From Phoronis australis (Eukaryota; Animalia; Phoronida): 64,000 bases of DNA. The position numbers and the translations under genes are program-made. Numbering within the stretch: the first letter of the stretch is position 1; each line of letters starts with the position of its first letter. A model generated the notes under the pieces. It was not told the origin of the DNA. It ran no database searches and saw only the letters and a program-made list of their open reading frames with translations. The stretch lies in contig NMRA01000157.1 of the NCBI GenBank assembly GCA_002633005.1, positions 615,192-679,191 on the forward strand, written 5' to 3'. Positions 50,901-64,000 of this stretch are shown one piece after another.

Positions 50901-52014
50901 CACTTCAGATGGAAGTTCCTTAGTTGCCTCATTGTACAAGTCAATGATTTCTTTCTGTTTAGTCTCGTTATAAACTAACAAACAGTGTGAAGACAAGTAC
51001 TGGACGATGACTTCATCTGAAAGGCAACAACAGCATTTCAAGACCACTACCACTAATGTCCCAGCAGATACTGAAAAGCTTGTAATATATGACACAAAAG
51101 ACATAATACAATCCCTCCTGCTTTCAAAATACTTATCTGCTTCAAACAAAAAGAATTGCCTAAATTACCCGTTTTTAATTTTTCAGTTGCTTTTTTATAG
51201 TTGTGAAAGCTCTTCAAAATACTGCACGACAGTAGCCACAGCAAAAACCTTCAAAATTGAAAAGCATCCCTGACATGCTACTTAATAGTACCTTTTCTGA
51301 TTAAAATGTAAAAATTAGTTTCCTTTATCCTCTGCATAGTCGAAATTAATGAGATTTTATTGTACTTACAAACTATCTTCAACCAAGCAGCCATATAGCC
51401 ATATTTTAGCCTCCCCCCACCCAGATTCATTTAATGCAACCTAGGGCATTTGCTACATTCCACTTAAAGCAGATATATCCAATAACAAGATTATTACCAA
51501 GCTGAACTGAACCAATCAAGCAAGGTTTTGTATGATATCAAGAATTATCACCTAAAGTTGCTAGAGCATTCATTTATTTACCTGTGGGATATCCACTCAA
51601 ATCCAGAAATCTCAACTTGCTCGGGTACCTCTTTTTCAGTCCCTCAACAAAGGTGTGCGCCAAGGTGGTGGTGAACTTGAGTCCCAGTTTCATCTGATGA
51701 GTGAGGTAGTCAGTGTCATACAGTGGTCTCACCGATGTCAGCAGTTTAGGGGCAAGTGATTTCAAGGACAGCACAGGCATTGGCCAATTGCGAACTAACA
51801 CGTCCAAGGCACGATCCTGGTGCAAGTGCAGTGCTGCCCTCATTAGGCTGTGGCATAACTCATGTGGCACCGATATGACAGTGTTGTGCGTTATTGTAGA
51901 ATCTCGTACAATCCACTGACAACATATTTCTACCAATGATTGTACGTTCCGCTTGTGCCTATCTGCACATGCTTCAAACTCAATTGGATAGGCAGCTCCC
52001 TTGTAGTAGGACAT
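47903..52014 (-). CDS. LRRC14: Leucine-rich repeat-containing protein 14-like (LRRC14/PRAME family), 4 coding exons, 517 aa
   Basis: Exons 52014-51582, 51016-50858, 50015-49840, 48688-47903 join in frame with GT-AG sites (1554 nt). N-terminal BC-box-like VQSLVEICCQWI, VPHELCHSLMRAA, LVRNWP..VLSL and LRFLDLSG as in PRAME/LRRC14, followed by C-terminal LRRs (LTSLDLSCN, LKRLDISNN). Acceptor at 52088 implies an upstream non-coding exon. Confidence 0.85.
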
Positions 52015-52429
52015 TCTTCTGACACAATAAAACCAGTTAAGTTATTTCCGATTCTTTACTATCCTTCATGATGACCACGATTGATTTCTGAAAAGCAGAG
52101 GTTGAGAATACTTAAGCTCTGAGCTAGCAAATTCAGCCTAAATTGTAAGACTAAAGTTTTTCATATCACACAAGACCGGAGATTTCCATTGAGCTTCATT
52201 GTTGTTTCGGTATTAAACATAAGTTTCGATCAGCTGCACTGTTGTCATGTTAGAATTTGCCTGAATACAATGAATACGAATTTCAGCAGCAAGATAAAAT
52301 AAGGAGAGATTGCCAACACAATTTCAATATGCCAGTTGCATGACTCAATTAAATAAGTTGAGCAATCGCAAAGTGTCAATGAATATTCGTCTTCACCAAA
52401 GACGCTGGGCCCACCCTTAAAATTATTCC

Positions 52430-52780
52430 TAGTAGTAGTAATAATCTTTATTTAAAAGTCGGTGAGATTTAACAATGAAACGTTAGCACAAGTGCTATTA
52501 TCCGACAAATTTAAAATCTACAAAATGTAGATACAGAACTAAAATACTAGTGAATTCTACAGTACGGAGAATATACAGAACTGATATGAATACAAAAGTA
52601 CACATACGTTACGGAGCATGTAGACATCAGTACCAGTTTTCACAAGAGCAGATCTCAGAGAAAAAATCATGAGCAAGAGTGGCAAATTCATTTAAGGCAG
52701 TATATTGTCTCATTACTGATGGCAATGAGTTCCACAGCAAAGTACCTCTATGGGAGATTGATTTACACCGGTATGTTAAA
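52430..52780 (-). mobile_element. 5'-truncated LINE (CR1/L2-clade-like) 3' end
   Basis: Minus-strand frame TYRCKSISHRGTLLWNSLPSVMRQYTALNEF matches the typical ORF2 C-terminal (RG..LWNSLP) motif, followed by AATAAA (52447-52452) and a (TAT/TAC)n tail. Confidence 0.7.
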
Positions 52781-53454
52781 GCATTTCACATAGACAGTTT
52801 TCACCTCTGAGAAAGTATCCTGACTCTCTAAATTCAAGCTTTCCTGGCAAAGGACAGGGTCCAATAATATGAACATTTTTGAATACTTCAATAAATAAAC
52901 ATTTCATCCGCCAACTAGTTAGAGAGCAGCTCCTAGGAAGTGCAGGCCTACTAGTACGGTTGCTGTTAAGCAGACTAGGACGAGAGTCACCACATGCCAA
53001 GCCAGGGGCAAGACATATTGAGCCACGTGACTCAGAAATCAACACAACAGCAAGACAGACCAGACGCTCATTTACGCCAAATGGGTGGAACAAGAATAAA
53101 AACAGGAGAATACATACACACGAAATCCTTGAGAACGTAGCACATATATAAAATCGGATAGAAAGCTATCGTGACAGCATACAAATGAATGCAGGTAATT
53201 AGGCAACCCCTTGTAATCTAAAATAAGAAAATCAAGATCTTCAGAAACGATAATATCAGTATGTTGTCTTTGAACCACTACAATAGCGAAGTTACATTTT
53301 GAGAGTGCATTGAATAAAATTATGATTATTCCGTTTTTATGAATGATTTTAGAGATTGAACTACAAAAGTCTATAAGCCTTTACTGTGTATGATATAATT
53401 TTTCTATATTGCTTTCTTAAATTAAAGATTTGTCGATAACATTACTATTATTCC

Positions 53455-53470
53455 TGCGCATAATGGCGGC
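53455..53470 (+). promoter_or_regulatory. NRF1 half-site and YY1-like motif at the MRPS7 start codon
   Basis: TGCGCAT followed by AATGGCGGC overlapping the ATG. Both motifs are common at nuclear-encoded mitochondrial and ribosomal gene promoters. Confidence 0.4.
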
Positions 53471-56400
53471 TCCCGTCCGCAAAGTTCTGTTAATGGGCCA
53501 GAACTTTGTGTCAAGAAACACGACGACTGGAAACTTGTTTGTCAAGTATTTGTTTTGTTGTTGTCTGAATATTTCATGTATTTGATCTGCTCTTTACCTT
53601 GAACGACTGTCTATTATTTGTTCAAAAAATTTTATGAAACCGAGTGTCCGAACAACTGGACATTGGCATACCAGTACTAGGCAATGACCATCGCCTCTGT
53701 TGGCCCTACCAGAGGCGATGCAGCTCCTATAGGAGCTCCATACGCCGGAAGCTTTTCGGTGAATTATGCCTCGCACCAACTAAAACATCAAAGTCACGTT
53801 GTTATAAATACCTTTTGCGCATAGAGGAACACCTTAGGAGACTGTCGATGTGTTTATAATTCCTTCCAACTCGAACAAATCCTCCCCTCCCTGGAGGAGC
53901 TTCTGGGAAAAAAGCAGTGAGGTTCTTTCGGAAACTTGTAGCTGACCACAGTGCACTCATTCAGCAGTGGCTTTAAAATTAAGTGATGCAAACATTAACC
54001 GCGTGTGAATTCGAATCAGATAACATTTGTGATCATAATCATCGATTCTCTGTAAAAGCCGTTGATCATTCAAAAGTGGTAGATCATGTGCCAGTAGAAT
54101 ATAGCCACGTGTTTTCGAGCTTTTTGGTCAATGCCGGGTGGAGCTCTTAGCTGTTCTAGAACAGCGCCCTCAATCCGTCAAGTTTGGGGCGGAATACCGG
54201 CCCCATTCCCTTCTGAAAATGTTTAATGCGAATTTCTCTTCATGAGACCCAAAACTTACCCTCAATGATAAAAAATTCTCATCAGGGTTCAAATATCTTG
54301 TAAGTCACACAGGTGAGGATTTGAAACAGCACAAAACATTAGTTTTGGCTGCTTGAGGCAGAGCCTATGAAGGCTAGCGAAAGGGGTGAGGGTGCTATTG
54401 ATGCTGACCGGGAGAGGGTAGAATTTTTCAGTCACTCAAGAAATTCCTATCTCAGAAGGCACAGACACTTTTTCCCTCAGGTGAACGAGGGCCCTGTGGG
54501 AGTCGAAGAAACACCAGCTATAGATTTCAAAACTAGCCAGATTCCACTTTGTGGGCAGTTTAGCTTCAATCACATCAGTCTGGTGATGCTTCCAAATTGA
54601 GAAAACAATGACATCTTGACCAATTTTCCATGTATATTTGTCCCCTGCCAGGGATCCAAAACAATCCCAAAAAAGCCCTCATGGGTCCTTTTTCTTTGAA
54701 AGAGGGTCCCGGGGGGAGGGCTTTATGTTGGTGGGGGCTCTTTTGTAAATGCCTGGTAGTCAGCAAACATTTGGAAATGAAATAGAAAATCTGAATATTA
54801 TTCAAAAAGTGGGACATTTGGAAGTATGCCACTGCCAAAGCAAATGGCACAGATACCTGGTTTTGCAACACTCAAAGTCATCCTAGTAGCATATTTTAAC
54901 AGAAAAGTAGGGATGGCCAGTGTGTACAATCATGACTCATTCAGATCTCTGGTACCCATTGATAAATGATTTTAGTAGCTCTTTGAACTGTAGTATATAA
55001 TTGGCCTGCGAGTCCCTAATATTGTTGTGGATTGTTATCTAGACTAGCTTCCATTTGGAACTGCTGCCATCTGGAGTTGAAGCCAAACAGGAGATTTTTG
55101 TTAACTAAGATTCTTGGAGCATAGACACTCCTGGACCTGCTATTGAATACAGGTTAAATATTGACTTTCCTCTTCCAATGAATTGGACCACCAACCCCAC
55201 ATTCTTTAGGTCACTTGTACTACTAACTATTTTTACAGTCAGTTGAAATCCTTTCCTTTCAGCTTTGTATGTCGGGCTCCCATGTCAGTGTGGAGGAAGG
55301 AATATACAGAGCCTACTGTAGATATTGATGTATTGTCTCAACCATTAGATGAAGCGGATGACAGAAGGTATAGACCAATAAAGCCAGCCAATCCTGACCA
55401 GAATACAGGAGTGACATTTGATCCTGATGTAGCGTAAGCATTTCAGCCAGATTCTTAGTTGTAGTATTCGCATAACTGTGTTTTGTAGCTTGATGTTAGC
55501 TTTACTAATGATAACTATTATAATAATACATGAATTGCTGGCCTCGTTTTAAGGTGCAAAACCAGTGGACATTTTCATTGACTGCTAGAACATGCTCACA
55601 AACATTTGAAAATGAATACTCCGACATGACTTTTGTTCTTATGGACATTTGTAGATTCCATGTTGGTGCATTGTGTTTTTATCAAGTGTATAATAGCTGT
55701 CTACTATATATTTTTCTTGAAAATTTATCAATTACCAACTTTTCCCCTAATTATTACATTGGGTGCTTAACTAATTTAACTGAAAGGAAAGCTTCTGCTC
55801 AAAAAATCTGCTTGCAATTTGGTAAGCTAGCCTTTCTACGAAGGCTCATTAGTGCCAGAAAAATATAAACCTTGAATCTGTTATTACAGATTGCCAATCT
55901 GTAAACTATGGATTGCCAATTCGTTAATTACGGATTTCCAATTCATTATTATGTGTTGTCAATCTGTAATATTATTACAGAATGCAAATCAATAATTACT
56001 GGTTGCAAATTGGTAATTACATATTGGTAATCTGAAATACCAGATTCAAATTTTCTTTCTGGCACTAATGGGCCATCCATATCTTAAATAAAGCTGACTC
56101 CTCCTTACGCATTTGTAGTCTTCGGTTTTTATTGTTTTCTTAAACAGAAAAGCTATCAACAAGGCTGATTTGTGTTGCTAAATCCTGAGTGTGTCATAGG
56201 GCACTCTTATCAAGGTATAGGTGCTAAGTTGTATAATGTGATCCTTTGAGAAGGAGCATTCTGAATATTTGATATATGTTTTCATACTTTCAGAAAATTT
56301 ACCAATTACGTAATGCGAAAAGGGAAGAAGAAACTGGCTAGATACATGGTAGAAAGAGTGAGTTATTTGACAATTCCAGTTCACCAAGACTGATTGTTCT

Positions 56401-58798
56401 TATCTTTGAAACAAAGATATTGAAATTATCATTGATCATCATAGTAACGGACTGCTGTATTGAAAAATAGTTTTGATATAAAAAATCTTCCTTTCTGGTC
56501 TTTGAGTTGTTTAATAGTCAGTCATGCTTTGTTTATAATTACGTAGATACAGTTCGTAAATGTTGACACGTGATTGGTTACTTGTCTTTATGCATCACAA
56601 AGAGGTTAGTTCAAGGGACAATAAACTTTCTGTCAAAACAAACTTTAGATTTAGACCACTTACATAATGGTCATAATCTGAACTCATTACTCAGATTAGA
56701 AGGGATTTCTAAGCTTGAGAAGAGGTGGCAGACTGTTACTTCTTCTGATTAGGCCCAAATCACTATAGCTACCAGAGGAATTCCAGTTGATTTATTGCAA
56801 CCAATTTCAAGCAAAAGATTAACTAAAGAAGAAAGTTGGTGTCTTTAACACTAGAACATTGTGTCTAACAGCTTCAGCGTATTGTCTTATTATGGTCATA
56901 GATGTCAGAGTTAAACAACTAACCATCTGGCATGGTTGGTTTTTATAGAAAAATTGCCATTCATGTCGAAAATGAAAAAAACTGATACAGTTATTCCATT
57001 TCAGGCCTTTGAGAACGTCAAGAGGATACAAATAGAAAGATATCATAAAGCAGCCACTGAAGAAGAGCGCAATAAAATTGAACTGGATCCTGTTAAAATA
57101 TTTCACCAGGCTGTCAACAATTGTAAACCCATTTTAATTCTTAAAAGAACTGTAAAAGGAGGAGTAGCATATCAGGTAATTTAAACCCATTGACCTTTTT
57201 CTGACTTCAAACTAAATTTGATAAGAGTTAGACATTATGAAGTATTGAACAATCTGGTTGCTCATAAAGTAACTCAGTGACTCATTTCTACTACAAGCTG
57301 CCCATCAATTAGTTTAGACTTTTCGTTTCCTCCTAAAGCATCATCAGTGATCAATTACAGACCAGCGTAAATTGACATGAAATAATGTGTGGCATCAATG
57401 AGAGTCAGAATGAAGGCAAATCTGAATAGTTGGCAAGACTCAGGACCCTACTTGCCCTCATGTTCATTTCAACTCTTGATTTTTATGTGGTTTGAGTGTC
57501 CATAAAAATGACTTTGTGAAGTATGCTCTATATATACTTGTAAATGTGACATCTTTCTGTGCAAAGTCAATTTTTGTTTTGTTTTGTTTTGATTTGTTTT
57601 CTGCTATTATTGTACAAAGAATGAGAATGGCAAATAGATATGTGTTTGTATTTAGTTATTTAATTTAACAAGACCCCTTCTTTATAGTCATTAGTCAAAA
57701 TATAGAAAATAACCTCCATTATGAAATTAAGACTGGCAATTAATTTTGACAGAGAACTCATTTGAGAATATTTAGTACCCTGATTAGTCTTAGAACAGGA
57801 AGACAAGGAAGAAATTACAATAGCTAAAATGTCTTCTTCACCAGGTTTTCATTGTGGATTGCAAATTATCACTCCTGTGAAAGTTCATTATATGTCAAAT
57901 GTTTTGGTCTCAGGTGCCCTTTCCAGTCACAGAGGGATATCAGCGGTTTAAAGCTATGAACTGGATAATTGAGACATGTAAAGATAAAGACAGAAGACTT
58001 CGATTCTATGACAAGCTAGCTTGGGAATTATTAGAAGCAGCTCAGAATGAGGTAGGACTTGTAATACAGGCGATCACTCCAGTCTTTCTGATAACAATGC
58101 TGATGCAGCCAAGGTTGTACAATACTTGTAATATAATGTGCAAGGGTATGAAATTGAAATCGGGGTAGAATGAGTGTCGGACTATAACTGTCTCATAAAC
58201 AACTTTACCTTGTTTAATGATTGTCAAAGTTGGGTACCTGTGCCCAGTAGCATGAAACTGTGCCAAACAGGCACTCAACTAAGTTCCCTAAATCTAATGC
58301 ATATTCGTAGAGTTCCGAAAACACTGAGTGTCCTTTCCATACACTGTTTTAGTTTATTACTAAATTTTTGGCTTTGATACAAGTCAACAAATGGAGCCCA
58401 ATTTCGTAACGGTAAGTGGTCTCAATCAAAATTTGTTTTTTGTGATGGAGAGTGGGTTTTCAGCCGCGTAAAACTGAAATTATTTTCAAATGTAAAGATT
58501 TGAAATACTTACCACAAAACACCAATTGCTGCTTCCAAGTCTTTACCTTGAGTCATGCCTGCTGTATGTACTATCACGATACACCAGCTGCAGTACTTAC
58601 AACTACTCTTTCATTTTCATTTCAAAAACTCTGTTGCTAGTCCCACATTTTCTAGATTTTTGTTCTTAATGACACTGACATTTCACTCAATGTGATCATG
58701 TGATTTAAATTTCCTTGCAGGGAAAAAGTGTGCGGAAAAAGCAAGACTTACACAGACAGTGCGAGGCCAACAAGGCTTATGCACATTTTCGATGGTAG
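53463..58798 (+). CDS. MRPS7: 28S mitochondrial ribosomal protein S7 (uS7m), 6 exons, 234 aa
   Basis: Exons 53463-53545, 55263-55433, 56294-56357, 57005-57175, 57914-58051, 58721-58798 join in frame (705 nt). Basic MAAPVRK transit-peptide-like N-terminus. S7 motifs KFTNYVMRKGKKKLAR, FHQAVNNCKP, KGGVAYQVP, AMNWI, LAWELLEAA, LHRQCEANKAYAHFRW*. Confidence 0.95.
55837..56081. mobile_element. Older IS3EU-like MITE in MRPS7 intron 2
   Basis: TIRs TACGAAGGCTCATTAGTGCCAGAAA / TTTCTGGCACTAATGGGCCATCCATA and internal ~21-bp TTACAGATTGCCAATCTGTAA-like repeats. TSD not preserved. Confidence 0.55.
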
Positions 58799-59873
58799 TA
58801 CAGGATGGACCCATACTAGACATTGTGAGCAGCATGCTTGCACGGATATTACTTCCTGTGTCCAGTGATAACTTTACAGATTAGAGAAGTGTTCTACTTT
58901 TATCATGGGGACTTTACTCGTAAGATTGTGTGATAAAAGCCGGATTTGTATTTATTGATGTGAAGCAGGAATTAAACTGTTTGTATTACAAGTTTTGAGT
59001 GCATTTGTTTTCTTATGAAAATATGGATTTTTAACATGACGGTCACAGATTATGAGCTTAATGATGTATTTGCATGCTCCTAACAATGCTAATGTACAGC
59101 AGGAACTAAACGGCAATGTTATGCGAACATTGTCTACACTTAACAAAGTGCAGTTGTATTCATTGACAACTTGTAAATGTGAAAACAATTCTGCAATGCA
59201 CTAATGATGTGTTGTTCGCCAGCATCATGTTACAATACTTACTGACGCGCTTCGGTGATTTGCGGCAGATCATTTTCACTACAAAACTCATTCTTAAAAA
59301 CATTTGGCAACTTTCAAACTACTTCATGTTCAAACCGTCCCTATCTTGTGTTTCTGTCAAATTTGGCCAAGCAATCACAGCAATCATTGGTCTGCAAATT
59401 TCACTGTAATGTAGGGACACTACACCAGGGCGTTTTATGAAATGGGGTATTTGACCAAATCGGAGGAAAGTTCAGTAATGCTTGTGAATTTGTCGACATA
59501 TCAAACTACCGGTATGTAGTGTCACAAGATATTACTGGTGCAAGTAAGCTTCTGAACTTACTATATCACAATAGCAAAATGGCCTCCCCAGAAGTGAATT
59601 GATGTCTTTGCTGTGACTATTTCTTCAGCTACAGGATGGGGTCCATAACATTTGTTATGCACAGTGCAATGTATTAGAACCCTGGTCACAAATCTCATGG
59701 TGTTTGATAATCTTTCAGTCAAGCCTGACTTGGCCCCACTATTCAAACATCAAATATGTTAACATGCCCGTTTGTGAAGAAGTTATTGTCTGCTTCATAC
59801 ACTGGAACCTGCAAATGTTTGTAACATCAATTCCCAAGATAGTTAAAGATTATCAGAATTTTGGAGATATTTT

Positions 59874-59926
59874 AATAAAATAATTCATGGATTACAAACT
59901 TTTTATTTCACAACAAAAATTTTATT
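59874..59926. terminator. Opposing polyadenylation signals (MRPS7 on +, unidentified gene on -)
   Basis: AATAAA on + at 59874-59879 and on - at 59902-59907 and 59921-59926. Confidence 0.4.
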
Positions 59927-62900
59927 TGGTCATTTCATCATTAACAAATTTACTCTCAGGTTAAAGCTCATTTCAAGTAGGCCTAATAAAATTACTCAAA
60001 AAATAACAGCTTAATTCAATTAATAATAAACAGAACAGAAAAATTTAAATTAAAATCATACTAATAAGTTTCCACTCTAGAAATAAACATAGTACATAGA
60101 CAACAAATGAAAACAGCAGACATTATTCAATAAACGTACAGTATAACGTGCATAACTTGGATAGCTTTTATGGGCTGAGCACTAGAGCGTTCAGTAGTGT
60201 TGGGTTTAACTCTACCTGAACAAAACTTCCTGAATTCAGCTTAGGCAAGTTTAACTGCATGTAACATTCAACATCCATCAATGGACAAGGACTTCAAAAC
60301 GAATAACACTGAACATAAAATGCTTTAAAAAACAAGTGGCGTACATAGAGTTTGAGCAACTATCAAAAAAATAACCAATGTAAAACCAAATTACCTGCAT
60401 TAAAATATGACCAAGTGAGTGACATCATTGAATAATGAAAAGTTAATTCATTGCCTTGCATATATGTGCCCACACAGTAACAGCAGTGGTTTTGGGATAA
60501 TAACAGCTGAGAAAAGTAACCAAGTATGCATGTACAGTTCCCTTTCTTTTACAAAATAAAATCTATCCATGAGGCCAAGGCACCGCAGAAAAACACTTTG
60601 AATAATAATAAACACTTCCTTTCAAATAAATCAAAAATTGAGTTTATTAACTTGAAAAACATAAAAGCAGTTTTGGGGGAAACTCATCCATTTCCTTGAT
60701 GGTAGATTTTGAGAATAGCTGCTTTTATACAGTCAATAGTACAATAACGATAAGAATACCGGTAAGTAAGAATATCTATAATGTTCATAGCCTTGAGTCA
60801 AGCTGCAAACGAAAGAAAGAAAACTGAGTTTGGAAGGTACAATGGCGGTGACAGTATGTGAAGATGGCCAAAGGGCAAGCATGGAGGAGAGGGAATTACA
60901 TCATGTCAGCCAGCTCTGATTTTAACTTGCATGGGAAATTGCACAATTGGTAATTGCCCAAAAGAAGTAAGCTGAGGCTACAGAGTCTCACACTACTGCA
61001 GTTCAGCTGTTTACTATAACCAGGGTGAATAGAGAGGCCCTTAGCATCTCTTCTGCCATGCCTTCTACACCATCTGATTTTTCTTCATGATTTTCCACGT
61101 GCCTCACAGCCCCACTCCTCTCTCCTGGCTTAACCATTATCAGTGTTCCTCATTTACAGTCCATCCGTACCCTGTACACCCTTCTGTAACTGTCCATCCT
61201 TCAAACAGGACCACTTTAGAACCTAGCTCTCCATCAGACTTCTCTTCCTCTTCCCCCAGTTTTGCACCTCCATGCTCCACATCTACCCCACTTTTGTTCT
61301 CTCCTGACCTGACCCCTCTACACCCACCTGGCTATTTTACCAACCTTCTATCTGCTGACTCTTGCCCTGGTTGCAATTTGAAAAATGAGACCATCGCCAA
61401 ACTTAACCTCGAAATAGCGCAGCTTAAGTCAAAGTTTTCAGGTATTTATTTGGAACAAATGGTAACAAAAATACCAACTAATATAGCATAGACTAGCTGA
61501 CTGATAACACAGTAGTCCAAACACAAGCTCTGAATGTAAAATAATTAGTTTAGTAATATGACAAATCCCACAAAAAGTCAAAATGGTCCAAAAGTTGTAG
61601 TTACCGGTTCCAAACCGAGTTTTGGCTTAAACCTCTCAAAGTTAGATTAGTGCCCATTTAAATCAATACTGAAAGTGATAAGTGTTATGAGGTAACCTAC
61701 TTACATATTTCCTGCAGATGAGGGTTGCTAGCTGTTACTTTGTTACTGCATGAGATCACTCAGTGCTTAAAATGGCACACTGTGAAAAGTCAGCTTGAAG
61801 AGCACGGTCAGTTTGTTCTAAGCTTTGAAATCTCCTATTTGACAAGGAACAATTTGAGACTAATTTTATATTGGCAAGTCGTCTAAATCAAGAGTTAGAA
61901 AATGTGTCCGAAGGCCGGTTCATGGAAGAGAGTACTACCATCTTAACTGGGCCAAACCATAGGCAAATGGGCAGCTTTTCGACAAATTATGGCTAAACCG
62001 TCAAAGCCACGTAACTATAAGTAACTTTTGAGCATCTAAGCGACATATTCAGACGAGGCTAGTATTAAAAGCAAATAAAAAAGCAAATCAAACACTGTTA
62101 GACTGCTTCCAGTCAGTCATGTCAGCCTCCTTTGTCATGGCTGATTGCTCCAAATATAACATTGAGTTTCATGGAATCCTATAGTAAAGTCTGTACAAAA
62201 GGTACAAGTACTTCAGTGTAGGTTAAATAACCTTAATAAGAAGTAACTAGTTTTACATGCTGCATAAACATTCTTCAGTTGCTGTTAAGATGTCAGCTGT
62301 TAGTCTATTTCATTGCTTTTTCTTTTTTTTTGTTTCACAAAAAATAAGGAAGACTTTTGCTAGAAAAGTCCTGGAACATAGAAAAAGAAAACATTAAAGG
62401 AAAATTACAGGCCCACTGCATGGGTTTGCACACTGGTAATTGACAAAATACATGCCTTAGATGTCAGGAGAGTTGGCTGTGAACACACTTAATGCGGAGG
62501 ATTTTTGGCTTAAAAAGAGTACTAATAGCTGGTGAATGTCGAAGTGAAACCCAGTGACTGTTGCTATCGTGAATAAAGTTCACAACAGAAATATTGGATT
62601 TAAAAAGTAAGCTTCAAGTTGCTGTCAACTTGTGCACAATGCCCATGTCAAGGAGTATCACTTTTAAGACATGGGCCAAATGAGACTGGACATGCACATC
62701 CCTGGACGGAGACGACCTCAATATCCACCCAAACACATGCGTGGGCACATGAAATCAAGCAAATGCAAAGTCAAGCACATCTGAAACTCCAATACTGTCC
62801 TATCTGTATTTCCTTTGCAATGTCAACCAATCAAGAAATGAATATGTACTTGTCCAATGATGATGAGTCAACAGAGGTGTAACATCATCATAACAAACAT

Positions 62901-63113
62901 GATAGGCTATGCCAACAATTTGAGTGGAACATTAACCTCCACTGGACACATCTGACCAGAGGCTACATGATCAAATACTGCCAGGGGCAAAACTTGACCA
63001 CAACAATGGAAGACAGAGAATATCAGTCCATACTACAGAATTGGGCAGGTCAGGCAAGCTCAAACACAACACAAGTTAACTCAAGACTTTACTAAGCACC
63101 TATGTTTCTATCT

Positions 63114-63254
63114 TCATTCTGGATTTTCTGTGTATGAGATGAATGCATCTCCCGTCTCTTCAAGCTTCGCCAGTTCTTCCATACACAACTGATGCTCTAG
63201 TTTAATTTTTGTAATGACTTCGTCATGTTGACGGTAGAAAGCTCTGAGTCCAGT
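63114..63254 (-). CDS. Terminal coding exon of an unidentified gene entering from the right edge
   Basis: Acceptor TTTTAG| at 63255, open frame TGLRAFYRQHDEVITKIKLEHQLCMEELAKLEETGDAFISYTENPE*, and an upstream donor TTG|GTAAGT at 63992. Downstream sequence looks like a 3' UTR, with minus-strand AATAAA at 59902-59907 and 59921-59926. Confidence 0.6.
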   Translation of the reverse strand, partial: TGLRAFYRQHDEVITKIKLEHQLCMEELAKLEETGDAFISYTENPE

Positions 63255-64000
63255 CTAAAATGGTAGCAAAATGACATTATTAAAGGGACATCTTCTTATG
63301 CACACAACATAACTACAACTCATAAGTTGGGACATTTGACCAGATCCATACAAAATATGTTTTCATACACTTGCAGAAAATAAATTCTTCTGATAACCAC
63401 CCAAAGCATCAACAAGTAAAAACGAGTGTTGAAATCTTTTGAATGGTTGACCAGTTGTACAGAAATTCTGACCACTTCAATTCATTAGAAGGAGCTTTTT
63501 CAAGTCCTGTTGAAGGCTGAAACCATTAGAAGTCTCAACTCTCCTCTTTAGAGACAGGGAAAAAATTCTGATTGACCTAGTTTAAAAAGCTGCTGACAGA
63601 CTTAGGCTGATTGGGAGAAACAGAAATAGCATCTTTTTCGTCAAATTTTTCATACGTCAACATTGCAACTCACTGAGCAGCAGAAATACGTTACTGGCAT
63701 TAGCATGACAGATGAGAAGAGTTTTAAATATGGCAACCAAGAGACAAGTGCCTTATAGAAGCACAGCATTGTGGGTAAATGCTCTACAACCAGAGTTACA
63801 TTGTGTTATTTCAGGATGTGGCTCCAGTTTTTATGGTGAGGAAAATTTTACTCCACGTTTGCAGTTATTCAACTTCTTTTTGTAATTTTGTGTCCAAAAA
63901 ATACACCTTTAACATTAAATACTTACAAACAAAAAGAATACATTGCACAAGCAAGGATAACCAATTTGTGATGCAATTCAAAATATACTTACCAAATCAG

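Noticed and set aside
60174-60240. Hairpin as a possible SECIS or pre-miRNA
   Set aside because: The stem is short and imperfect, and there is no AUGA/GA quartet on the relevant strand.

Overview
AT-rich, intron-rich animal genomic DNA, probably a marine invertebrate (the taxon cannot be fixed from sequence alone). There are three single-N scaffold joins at 10412, 16631 and 33211. Manual splice reconstruction gives five protein-coding genes: (1) the 5' end of a cadherin-repeat gene on the minus strand, running off the left edge; (2) a complete 12-exon MBOAT1/2-type lysophospholipid acyltransferase (+, 31212-42848, 477 aa); (3) a complete LRRC14/PRAME-family LRR gene (-, 47903-52014, 517 aa); (4) a complete 6-exon MRPS7 (+, 53463-58798, 234 aa); (5) the last exon of an unidentified minus-strand gene (63114-63254). 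Introns and intergenic DNA hold many non-autonomous transposons. The most notable non-genic features are a solo LTR with clustered heat-shock elements upstream of its TATA box, a CAC...GTG element with perfect 137-bp TIRs and a 5-bp TSD (Transib/RAG-like or CMC), a rolling-circle-type repeat carrying CTCF-like motifs about every 147 bp, IS3EU-type MITEs, a filled/empty insertion allele pair at an assembly gap, and a 10 x 49-bp hairpin array between two convergent genes. No rRNA, tRNA or CRISPR array was seen. Most ORF-track entries are spurious.
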